Shown in pieces: positions 11,831-23,128 of a DNA stretch of 64,000 nt; position 1 is the stretch's first letter; each line of letters starts with the position of its first letter. The notes beneath the pieces were generated by a model, which was not told the origin of the DNA, did no database searches, and saw nothing but the letters and a program-made list of their open reading frames with translations. Source of the DNA: Podarcis bocagei. Its lineage: Eukaryota. Location: NCBI GenBank assembly GCA_964188305.1, contig OZ076889.1; one strand, given 5' to 3'. A program made the translations under genes and the position numbers.

Positions 11831-13174
11831 GGATTGCCACGATCCCTTCCGAAGAGATGCTTGGAGAGCTGACATTTTAAGTAAGTATGGGGTGGGGAGC
11901 GGGATATATAGATCGTCAGTGGCCATCCTGAAATCCACGCAGCCTGAAGTGTGACCTTGATTGTAACATTGGGAAAGGAAGCAGAAACCACTCCGTCCTC
12001 ATGAATAATGAAACGCCGGCGCTTGAATCCTGGCTCACTTGGCCCCACCTCTCTCTGGGGTAATTCATCACAGAAGTTAGGGGTATAGAAGACGGGCCAC
12101 AAGAAGCTGCATTCATGAGACTCCTAAGCTGTGGTTTAGGGTGGGGGAGAGGATGCTAGACGTTTGTCTTGTTTCTTTTTTTAAAAAAGCCTGGGCATTT
12201 GTGAAAATGTTGGCTGCATTGGATCTGCTTTTAGCCTTGATGGGGAAAAAAGATGCCATTGTTTTTGATATAATTCCTATGCACTGAATCTTCCTTTTTT
12301 AGTATGCTCTTTTTGAAATGATCAATAAACCCTTTTAAAATACAATCCAAGTCATCAGCTATTGACGTACGTACTTGAATGGGGTTTGGAAGTGGAAAGT
12401 GATAGATCCAAATAGCCTTCCTATTAAGAAGCAGCTCTGACTGTAACATAATTGCCTAAAAAAATAGATTGTGTGTATGGTGTTTGCTCCTGATTTGCAT
12501 TTGCAATTGGAAGCATGTGTGCAAAGTTCCATTAACACTTTTGCTTAAACCAGAGTGAATCTGGAATAAAATTCCTATCTCAGGAGCTATGTGCAAGCTA
12601 TGTGGGTGTTTTAGTGCCCCAGAAGAAATGTTTAAATGGTGCCTACTGCACCATTTAATGGCACCATCCTCAGGCTGCTGGAGGATCATCCCCTGTCCCA
12701 CCTCACCTGGTCCTTTTGCTTGTCAATCTCTGATAAGGCCTCCTTCACTACCATTCCACATCCTGCAGCTGGATGAACAGACCCCTTATTGGACTATCTG
12801 GTTTCCATTTCCTCCAATATGCCCTGCACCCCATGCCTTGATGTTCCATGACTTCCTAACCATTTATGCTTCATATCCAGCCTCAGCCCACTTTCCCACC
12901 TCTTCCCTCGCTCATAGCATCAGGTCCTCCAACCTTTGTTCATTCCTTGTTGTGCATAAGCAGCAGAAGCACATGTGCCAAGAGTTCAGGATGTACCTTC
13001 CCTCTTCTGCTGCAGCAACAAAAGTACTGTTCCATATTAGTATGTTCCTAGATCTCCACCACGATCACCTAATTGTAAGGCCAACGTGGCATGTGACTCT
13101 CTCTACAAATGACGTTGAATTACTATGCAGCATGCCACTATAGCTTAATAATGAACTTAGAAAGCTGACATATA

Positions 13175-13320
13175 TCAAGCTTGATATTGTCCACACTAAC
13201 TAATAGCAGCTCTCATGGGCTTCATACAAGAGTCTTTCCTAGGCCTGTCTGGAGATGCAAGGGATTGGACCTGAGACTTTCTGTATGCAAAGCAGATGCT
13301 CTGCCACTGAGCCCTTCCCC
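13175..13320 (-). mobile_element. tRNA-derived squamate SINE (Squam3-like) fragment
   Basis: ggagatgcaagggattggacctgagactttctgtatgcaaagcagatgctctgccactgagc is the reverse complement of a tRNA-like head. Homologous to copies at 16465, 33225 and 54145. Confidence 0.7.
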
Positions 13321-13826
13321 TGGTTTTGGCCCTTCCTGTTTGTGGACATATGTTTCACAGATCCTAAGGTTAGATAAAACTGTCAGATAATCCAGCAGGG
13401 TCTCTTCTGTTGCACAGCCCATATGGATCTTCCCAGCCTGTGACTTATTTTTAGCTGCAGAGAAGCATCCTTTTAGAAGGGCATCTCTATCCATCTTGAT
13501 GTTCTCAAGGGAATAATAAAGTTTCCATTTGCTTGTCTGCCTTCTAGAAAGCTCATTCTCTGATGCTGAGAGTCAATAGGGACTCTCAGACAGAATGTTG
13601 GGTCTAGGAGTTCAGGTTTCCATTCCTAGCTTAGCCTCTGCGTGGCCCTGGGTCTGCTCCCCATTTCTAATGTGACAAGAATAATAGTGTCATAGAATTG
13701 TAGAGCTGGGACGGACCACAAGGGTGCAAGAATATTTTTGCCCGGCATGGGGCTCAAACCCACATGAGATTAAGAGTCGTGCTGTACTGACTAAACTACC
13801 CCAGCAGTGATGGAACTCGCAAGGTT

Positions 13827-13848
13827 GTGTGTGTGTGTGTGTGTGTGT
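13827..13848. repeat. (TG)n microsatellite
   Basis: Direct observation of the TG tract. Confidence 0.9.
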
Positions 13849-16464
13849 CTGTGCGTGCGCAGAAGGAGGATGAGAGATTTAAAATGAGTTTTAAAATGGC
13901 AAGGCACTTGGTGCAGCTAGAAGTGCCACATCCATTATTAATCATGGAGAATGCATTGCTGGTGGCCTCTGGGGGGGTCCTCCTGACATCATTCAGCAGT
14001 GCCATCTCTCCATCTGTCCCTCTCCTCTTGCCCTTCCTCAAGGGTGACCTTTTCTCTTTCAGCAGCTTTGGGCCTCACACCTGCATCGCTCTGCTCCTCC
14101 TCTGTCTTCATGTCTGCCATTGTAAGTTTTGTTGACCTAATTTAAGGTGCCACAAGACTCTGTTGCTTTTGCTGCAAGACAGTAAGATGGTGAATACAGT
14201 TTATGTTGGCAATGCTGTCTTTCATGAAGGTGCAGCCCCCAGTTTTAATCCTGAGTCCCCTGCTAATGATTTCCATGGGAAGATTAGCCTTCTGTTTTTG
14301 TAGTAAAGAACCAATTTGCCCTCAGGCTCTAAATAGAAAAACTCCACCTTGTGAATGCATTCACATCATTAAGGGAGTCATATGATTACTGGCTTTCACT
14401 GCCTTCAAATACAGGGTCATATTGTTATAACTTATATATGCTGCTATGATACCAAACAAGAAATGAACATGGCCTGTATTGGATGAATAGCCCCTTTTTA
14501 CTCATTTTCTGGCCAATAATGGTGCAAAGTCTCTCTCTCTCTCTCTCTCCTTTGAGATATGAAAACAAATGGAGACATCTATGAAAGTATTGATGTGGGG
14601 ACACGAAGAGTTGAGATGTGTTTTGTAATTGACTCCCTAGCTCTCCCTGATAGACTCCCAAATGCAATGCTGTGAAATAAGTCTTGCCTTAAGCCCCTCA
14701 TAAGAGTGCTGTTGAGTAAGCTGTGACGTCTTTTATTATTAGTAATAAACTTATTAATAATAAAGGCCTACAAGTGGGATTCAACATGGCATTAATTGGG
14801 GTATCTGTGAGTGCTTGGCAAGGGAACTCCCACATGCTCCTGTTTTGGGTACCCCGCCCCCATCCTCCAGAGCAAAGATTTAGGGAGCACAAGGGGAGGA
14901 GAGGCAGCTTAATTCTTGTTCAGTGAGTGGACTTCATTCTGCTTGTGCAGCAACACAGCTGAATCCTACCCGATAGCACTTTTAGAATGATAAAGGTGAC
15001 CACAGACCAGCCGAGCAGCTCTTAGATGCAGCATAAGTGCTTCTCTGCTGCCAAGTGGAAAGAGGCTTGCTGTTGGGATGTCCCACACAGTTGGCGGGGG
15101 GGCAGGGGGGAGGATACTTGGGTGTCTCTGTGTTGAGGATGCACAGGATCCTAAGCACCCCCATTTACGTAATATGGCCTTAAGAGGAGTCCTGTACACT
15201 GCCATGGTTAATTTCCTCCCACTGACGGCAATGGGAAGGGTGGTGGAAAATGGCAAAGAAAAGGGTAAGAAAAAGCAGTCTCCTAACCCCCACCCTTGCC
15301 TGGCAGCAAGCTGTCGGGGTTTAAGAAGTGTTTTTAGCTCCACTGCAGAATCCTTCCCTCTCTCCAATAGGATTGTTCTGCCACCATGCAAAAACACTAT
15401 TTCCCCACCCCCACCCCTGTATTCCAGCTCACAACAAACCTGTGCCATATGTTGTTATTATCCATGTTTTTATTATCCATGTTTTGCAGCGGAATAATTG
15501 GGACTGAGAGAGTGTGATGTGGCCAATACCCAGTGAATTCATGGCTCGGCAGGGATTTGAGCTCAAGTCTCTAAGGTCCAAGATTCTGGGCATTGGCCCA
15601 TTTTTAGTATCCGATAGCAAGTCTTTGGAAAGAAGATCCATTATATTGTTAACAATGTTTAGGGCAGTATAACCAACAGCAGCAACAAAATTCTTTCCCA
15701 ATTTTGCTCAAATTCTTATTGAAAAATCACACCCCTGAATTGTCTGACTGATGTAAATGTTTTTAGCAGGCCAATTTGACTATCTTTGCATGTTCTGTAG
15801 AATTGCTTCTGTTATAGATTATTACTGGGGAAAACAGAACAAATCCAGGCACTAGAAATCCTGCTCAGCCCTCCTCCTGATATTTGATAGGGAAGTGCCA
15901 CTCATCTACTTCCAAGCTTGTTTTCATAGCCTCTTGAGAGCTAGAAACTCTGTTTTCCGCATATGAAAGCTGTGGGTTTTTTAGGGTGCTGAATTTTGTG
16001 CCCAGTGTCATTTTTGCACTTGAGAGATGCACTCACACCATCAAAGGATATACTTAGCTCTGGCAATATCCATTCAGACAGAAGGCCATGTGGGGTGAGT
16101 TTTGTGGGTTGTTTGTGTGCTAAAGGTCACCAGCATAAGGAACAATCCCCCTCCCCAAAGAAGCTGGAAGGTGTGAATAGAGAACCTGCGCTAACATTGC
16201 ACATATCAGCATACAAAGTGTGTCTCTTGTGATACCTCTCTGCTATCCATTGTAAGGCACCAGTGCGAGCTGAACAGTGGGCTTTGCTCTTAAGCAATTC
16301 TTACTCACTTCAGTGAGTGCTGCTTGCAGAGGAAATTTTCCCCTGTGAATTGTGCCTGAAATAAATGAAACAGGATAACACAATTTATTTCTTCTCACTC
16401 CCTGGGTTAATTTCTATTATTCACATCCGTGCAGCATCAGTGTAAGAAATTAGGATCAGTGGGA

Positions 16465-16627
16465 CTATAGAAAGCTGACTTACACCAAGTCAGACCATTG
16501 GTCCATTCTGTATTACACTAACAGTGGCTCTCCAGGGTTTCAGGCAGGGGGCACCCCCCCCCCCGTCGTGCCTGGAGATGCAGAGGATTGAACCTGGCAC
16601 CTTCTGCATGCAAAGCAGATGCTCTCG
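16465..16627 (-). mobile_element. tRNA-derived squamate SINE (Squam3-like)
   Basis: agtcagaccattggtccat...ctctccagggtttcaggcagg...ggagatgcagaggattgaacctggcaccttctgcatgcaaagcagatgctc; tRNA head plus CR1-like tail on the minus strand. Confidence 0.75.
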
Positions 16628-17294
16628 TGGCTTGACCTCGCAAGAAACTGCACTAGGAAAACTCATTTTAAGACTGGGAATGCCAACCAGCACAATAGCA
16701 CAATGCCTCTCATACAGAAGCTGACCCAGTTTGGAGTAGCACTTTTTTGCCAAGATCATCAGATGCCATGTATGAGCATAGTATCCCCAGGTGTGTCTAC
16801 TTTACTGAGCATGCAGAGGGTTGGTGCAAGGATAACATGCCTTGGGAAACTACTCTCTTCAAATCTCTGCTCTCACATGAATTTATTGAGTAGCCTTAGG
16901 CACCCCACCCTCAATCTGCCTTAGTCATATGTTTTATGGTGATAACACACACCTACCGTACATAGTTGAATGTAACAGCAGCTGCTTGTGGGCCATGGGG
17001 TTCCAGCTGTGTCTGCTAAATTCTCTTTAGCCCTCAGCTGCATGGTTTAAGGCTGCTGTCTTTGCAACATCAGAGCAGCTGAGTCGAAGACAGCCAGAGG
17101 ACTGATGGCACATCACTTACAAAGCCCCATGTGGACTTTGGAGCAGATCAGCCAATGGCATCATCAAGAGGGATGGCATGGCAGACAGCAGGTTGAAGGA
17201 GGAGTTTGCAGGAACAGATGACATCAGAAGACAAAGAATATGTTTTATGGGATAATAACCATGTAGCTCATTATGCTACAGGCATATAGCTATA

Positions 17295-17633
17295 CAGTGG
17301 TGCCTCGCAAGACGAAAAGAATCCGTTTTGTGATTCTCTTCGTTTAGCGGTTTTTTCGTCTTGTGAAGCAAGCCCATTGACAGATTAGCGGGTTAGCGCT
17401 ATTAGCACTTTTAGCGGTTTTTAGCGGCTTATCTGCTGATCGGATCAGCTGATAAGCGGCTTAGCGGCTTAGAAAAAAGGGGGGAGGGAAAAAACCAGCA
17501 GGAACTCGCAAGACATTGTCTTGCGAAGCAAGCCCATAGGAAATTCATTTTGCGAAGCACCTCCAAAAGGGAAAACTCTTTCGTCTAGCGAGTTTTCCGT
17601 CTTGTGAGGCATTCGTCTTGCGGGGCACCACTG
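17295..17633. mobile_element. Tc1/mariner (Tigger/pogo-like) non-autonomous element
   Basis: 22-bp TIRs CAGTGGTGCCTCGCAAGACGAA / TTCGTCTTGCGGGGCACCACTG (1 mismatch), with TA TSDs at 17293-17294 and 17634-17635. Confidence 0.92.
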
Positions 17634-17714
17634 TACTGTAATAATATTCTTTTCATGACATCTAACCTTGATTCAAGACTTGCTTCAAAACAGTTCATTT
17701 GATATTGGCACAGA

Positions 17715-17853
17715 ATGAGAGAATTGTAGAGTTGGAAGGGACCCTGTGAATAATCTAGTGAAACCCCAATGCAGGAATATGCAACTGTCCCATACAGGGA
17801 TCAAACCTGCAACCTTGGTGTTATCAGCACCATGCTGTAACCAACCGAGCTTT
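17715..17853 (-). mobile_element. tRNA-headed, CR1-tailed SINE
   Basis: agaattgtagagttggaagggaccct...atctagt (CR1 tail, reverse) followed by gggatcaaacctgcaaccttggtgttatcagcaccatgc...aaccgagct (tRNA-like head, reverse). Similar to 13690-13797. Confidence 0.65.
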
Positions 17854-18109
17854 CCAGGCACAATCTTTTGGATCTGATGGTAGTAAAAGGTGTATTGGTG
17901 GTTGACTTCCCAAACCAAGCTGATGGTAAGAATGTAGGTCATTCTAATAAGCTTACTATGCTTATATTTTGATAATTGGGATCAGTGAAGCTTTCTGCTG
18001 GGCTACTGGCAAATATGAGGAGATGCATGGAAAAAAGAAAACAAAAGAAAGTCCATATTCTGCATGTGATATTGTCCCCAAAGAAGGAAATTATGACACA
18101 TGGAGAAAG

Positions 18110-18130
18110 AATTCTGTCCTTGGTGCTGAA
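18110..18130 (-). promoter_or_regulatory. REST/NRSF binding site (RE1/NRSE) in SLC6A17 intron 1
   Basis: Minus strand TTCAGCACCAAGGACAGAATT matches the RE1 core TTCAGCACCnnGGACAG perfectly. Confidence 0.8.
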
Positions 18131-18475
18131 CGTCTCATCTATTGCAGCATTAGTGTTGAAAAGATAAGCTGGTATCAAATGCAGCACTATGTAACTGTCC
18201 TGTCAGCACAAGGATTCTGTTTGTACAATGGGACTTTGCACAGTCTGCTCTAGGGGTTCCTCCAACCTCCTGAGCAAATTTGGGGTGTGTGTGGGGTGCA
18301 CACAGGTCTTCTTCCCTTTGTGTCCAAGAAAAGTAAATAAGCTATCCACTGCACAAGTGGAAATTCTTGCGCTAATGGGATGGTTACTTAGCCCTGTGCT
18401 AGTTACAAATCTCATCTTTTTAACACAGTCTCTCTATCTTATAATTTATAACTGTATGCTGAACTGGATGGAAGG

Positions 18476-18496
18476 ATCAACACCAAGGACAGCAGC
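18476..18496 (+). promoter_or_regulatory. Second RE1-like site
   Basis: ATCAACACCAAGGACAGCAGC versus consensus TTCAGCACCnnGGACAGCGCC. One core mismatch (A for G at position 5), plus peripheral mismatches. Confidence 0.55.
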
Positions 18497-21019
18497 TTCC
18501 TCCATGTGATCATAGGCCTTCCTTATTTACCAGCCTCCCCACCCCCCTTTACTCCAAGGCAGCCTTACCTTACAAAATCAAATATATTTACTTTGCTGTT
18601 GCATGAGGTGTGGAATAAGAAAAGTCAGGTCTTCTGTCCGGGAACAACCTCTCCCAGAGATCTTGAAAAGCTGTTTCCCGTCAGACAGTTCCAGGCTAGA
18701 TTTGCCTCAGTATAGCACAGCTTTGTCTGTTAAACAGCACACTTTCTGCAGGTTTATACATTGCTGAGAAAGTTATTCTTTGCTTGTGTGGGTACTGTTG
18801 GAGAGTCCCAGTTCTCCCTAGTAATGTTTATGGAAACCAGCTCAGACAATAACTGTGAACTTGCAGAAGATCCAGTGAATTGCTTGTGGGTTTTAGAGAG
18901 CCTCACGAGGGGATAGGAATGCTTAACAGTGAGATATTTTAGACTGGTTTGCTTCTTCACCTCATTATTTCCTTCCTTTTGAGAACTCGCAGTTCAACCA
19001 TCCGGTTCCTACTTCTATTAGAAATGCTATTTTAAGCTGCCTGTTGCTAAGATACACTGTCAGTTCTATGCACTTGCTGTATCGGTAGTGTCTAAGAACG
19101 ATGTATCCAATCAGTTTAATTAGTTTCCCCAAATTAAATATAATTTACAATAGGATTTAGTTTGGTAAAAACATGCCATTGTGTTCTCTCACTGCTTACA
19201 ACAGTCACTTCAGGGATAAGTCACCTTCAGAAAGTGCGTCCTTTTCTGAGCGCCCTCAGATCTCACGTTTCATGGCAGGATCACCACAGCATCAGGAGGA
19301 ACCTTTTTCCTGGTACCTAGTAAACAGCTGAAACCTCCTTCAACCTAAGGCCCATGGGATGTGTTGAAAGGTTCTCATTGATCCAACCTTTTCTGTTGTC
19401 TTTTTTCCATATTGGCTTAAATATGACATTCTTAGAACTTGGTGTACTACACTTCCTCATTGTTACCCCAGTGATAAGGAATACTTTCCACCATAGAGCC
19501 TAGTGACTTTCCCCAAGTCACAGAACTACTGACCTGGTTAGGAACATTCGTTTCTTTGAAGCACATGAAAGGATAAGGCCAAGCCAAATGAATCATTGTT
19601 CTTGCTATGAGTACAGGCCAACAGCTAGCCAGTTATGTGAGGTGTCTGCAGTTTGATCCATATGAAGTTGTGTACCATTCTCAGATGAAGAGTAATTTCA
19701 GATTCTCTTGCTTATTGGGTTAGGAAGGATCTTGGTTGCTGGTAAAGAAAAAGAAGCCCGTCTTAAATGATGCAATTAAATGTACTAAACCCTGCACATT
19801 GAAACACAGTGTTGTATAATAGGAAGAGTGTTGGGTGTAGAGCAGGGAGAGCTGGGTTCAAATCCCAACTCAGTCAGTGGTTTTACTGATGACCTTGCAC
19901 AAATCTTGGTCTTACATACTCCACAGTGGTGTGATGAAGAACAGGAATAATCTCGTGCACTGCACCTTGACCTTCTTGGACAGAGTGCTGGAAACAAATG
20001 TGATAAACAAACATTGTCCTAAACCTGGACTCTATAATGTGGGTTTCCTCAACTTGGTGCTTCCAGATGTTTTGGATCACAACTCCTATCTTCCCTGACT
20101 ATTAGCTCTGCTGGCTGTGGCTGAGAGGAGTTGAAGGCATAAGGTTGGGAAGGCAAAGAATTCCCTCATTCAGCCAGTGCCTGAAAATGCAGCATTCCCA
20201 GCTGGTGGGCAGGAGAAAGAACTTATTTACTAGGCCTATGCTCAGTGCTTCCCAAAGTTCCAGGCATAGAACTGGCTACACCTCTTGTGCTGTGGTTCCC
20301 AAATACCAACAACCAACTGGCTATTGGGCATTTGGGAATCATGCACAATGGATTTTGACAGATGGGCCAAACAACACAGCTTTCAGTCATGGGGTTTCCG
20401 CAGTGATGTCACAGGTAAATTGTTCTGCCCATCTGTCAAAACTGGTCCCTGGAGCAGTAACGATTTTCAACCTCTGGTTTAACTAGTCATACGCTGCATC
20501 AAGATCAGCAAGTGTGCCAAAGTGCAATCAAACTTATATTGTTACCACACACAGACCCATTCTATTTTATCAAGTGCATTTTTTTTTTGATCAATGGACA
20601 ATAATGATAATGGTTGATGGGATTTCTGTCTTCATGGTTGGTGAGTCATTCAGTTACAGCTGTAATAGTTAAGAGTTACTAAGGCCTTTCACTGATTCAT
20701 ACTGCATTAATTTGAGACTCAGAACTCTAGTAGTATGGTACTGTTTGTTCTGGGGAGAAATTATTCTTACTTATATCAGCTTTTCACTCTGTATGTATTT
20801 TGATGATACTTTGATGGTTATTTTCTTCCTAAAATGCCCTGAGACATGAGACTTTTTTATAAGGGCATATGTGTGTGCTTGCCCATGAACCTTTCTCAAA
20901 ATCAACCTCCCATTGACATTCTGTCCCTTCTGCATTTCTGACAGCATAGTGGTCTTTGCATAGGCTGTCTGCCAAGATTCTGAAAGAAATTTTTTTCCAA
21001 GCTGGGATCATGAGCTGCT

Positions 21020-21020
<1 letters not shown>

Positions 21021-21066
<46 letters not shown>
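21021..21066. repeat. (TTG)n microsatellite
   Basis: About 15 perfect TTG units. Confidence 0.95.
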
Positions 21067-22712
21067 ACTGCCTTTCATGAGGAGCAACCACTGCATTCTG
21101 AGTGGTGCAAAAAATAAATAAATATGGCCAGTGTGGGGACAATTATCATAATGAGACTTTGTTGCCTGGTTTAGAAAGTATTCTTTGGCAAGTACATCCC
21201 ATATAAGCAGAGTGAGCTATATCTACAACTGATAGCTCATTCTACATGAGAAAGCCAATAATGTATAGTCAGATGTTGTTAAGGTAACTCCCACTCTATG
21301 GGACCTGAGGTGAAATTTCGCAGAAAACAAATTTCTGAGCAAATGAAGGGGGAATTGTAAAGTGTGGCTTTAATAACCAAACCTGATCTCATCTCCTTTG
21401 GGGTTAAATGATCTTGTGATGTGGACACAATGTCACACCATTAAAGCAGATTAGAGCCACCATTTTACTTATTGAAAAAATGAGGAAGAAAGCCACCCCC
21501 TTTTACTGCCCTGTTTTATAAGTACAACAGGGGTAAATCAAGAGTGTAGCACGATCCTAAGTATTTACCCAAATATATCATGACCATAAGAATAAGTTCA
21601 ATCTTTGTATAAGTCATCAGTCACCTTTATGAAACAGGTATTGCCTTCAAGGCCCTTAGTTGCTCCTAATATTGTCAGGAATATGCTAATAAAAACTGTT
21701 TTTAAACGACCTTTTCATTGCCTTATTCACACATGCTTTCAAGGAAACCAAATCCCATAAATCTGGAAATAGTTCAGTATAAAATTTTTGCAGAGTGTAA
21801 AACTGGCAGGGTTTCACTGGAGTCCAGGGGACTGGGCTGGTTTAGCTCTGTTGAAAGACAACAGCCCTTGAATGGAGAGGCAGGAGTAATCAATGGCTTT
21901 GCATGCAGTGCCAAACATTTTGCAGATACTATCTGTTGTAAAACTGTCATGGGCAATTTAACCTACAATTCCTGGCTATCCCAGTTGCTCTGATAATGTC
22001 ATCAGCTGAGAGATAACCTTGGTGCTTGCTGTTGTCATGGAAGAACTGCCGAAGCCTGCCCAGTTCTTTAGTGCAACAATATTTTAAGCTAAATAGCACC
22101 TGACACATTGTTGGCACCAAGCACAGGTAAAACAGAAGTTATAGCACTTAGCTATTGCCAAACCTCAGACTTTCACAGATTCCAGACAGCAAGGAGGAGG
22201 GACTAAGAAAGACAACCGGGTGGTGAGTCACAGTACCTTATAGGGTACAGCATTGTGAGAATGTAACCATTTCACGGTCCGTCCATCCCCAGACATACCC
22301 CTATACATATATTGCTTCAGAAAAATTCTCTTTAAGTCCCAATTTCTTCAGCAAGTAAAGCTTCAGTCTCTATAGACTATGCATATAGAGAAAATTTGCA
22401 TATTTATTGAATTTATTTGCTTCTGCACAACCTATGCAGAGCACTGCAATTCTACCTCCTGTATCTCCTATTCAGTCTTATCTCCTCCCCAGTACCCAAG
22501 ATTTCACCAGGCATTGCTTGCACACTTTCAAGCCTTGAGGACTAGAAGTGTGCTCTTTTAAAAGGAAAACTGAATTCTCAGGCAGATGCCTTCTGGAGTC
22601 TATACCCTTTCTGAATTTGCATATTGATGAATCATATGGCTCTGGATACTCAACAACACCGAGGAAAGTAGAGAAGTGTAATGTTTTAATTCATTTGTTT
22701 TTTGTTTTTCAG

Positions 22713-22848
22713 ATCTCGTAGATGACCAGGATCTGAGAGCTGACCTTCAAAACCTGCACCTGCCCTAGCAGATACCCACTCCATCTTGGCCTCCCCTCTG
22801 CCCCCAAAATCCCTTCCTACATAGGAGTGGCTGAGCCAGACAGTTTCG
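22713..22848 (+). other. SLC6A17: SLC6A17 exon 2, 5' UTR portion
   Basis: Strong acceptor ttgttttttgtttttcAG (AG 22711-22712) upstream of the start codon. Contains uORF ATG ACC AGG ATC TGA (22722-22736). Confidence 0.75.
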
Positions 22849-23128
22849 ATGCCTAAGCACAGCAAGGTGACCCAGAGGGAACAAAGTACTGAGCATGTCA
22901 CTGAATCAGTGGCTGATCTGCTGGCCCTTGAGGAGCCTGTGGACTATAGACAGAGTGTCTTAAATGTGGCTGGAGAAAATTGGAACAAGCAGCAGGATGT
23001 GGATGACACTGGTGAGGATCGGCCAGCGTGGAACAATAAACTGCAGTACATTTTGGCTCAGATTGGCTACTCCGTGGGCCTGGGGAATGTCTGGCGCTTT
23101 CCGTATTTGTGTCAAAAGAATGGCGGAG
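22849..23128 (+). CDS. SLC6A17: SLC6A17 coding exon 1 (N-terminus, TM1)
   Basis: MPKHSK...[36 protein letters not shown]; donor GAG|GTAAGT, phase 1. Confidence 0.97.

Noticed and set aside
10643-12102. Many overlapping ORFs in the SLC6A17 CpG island, including poly-Ala and poly-Cys tracts
   Set aside because: GC-content artefact; the homopolymers come from the (CAG)6 repeat.
16560-16627. tRNA-like sequences (also about 13250, 13740, 17795, 33225 and 54270)
   Set aside because: Degenerate SINE heads attached to LINE-derived tails; no intact cloverleaf, so not tRNA genes.
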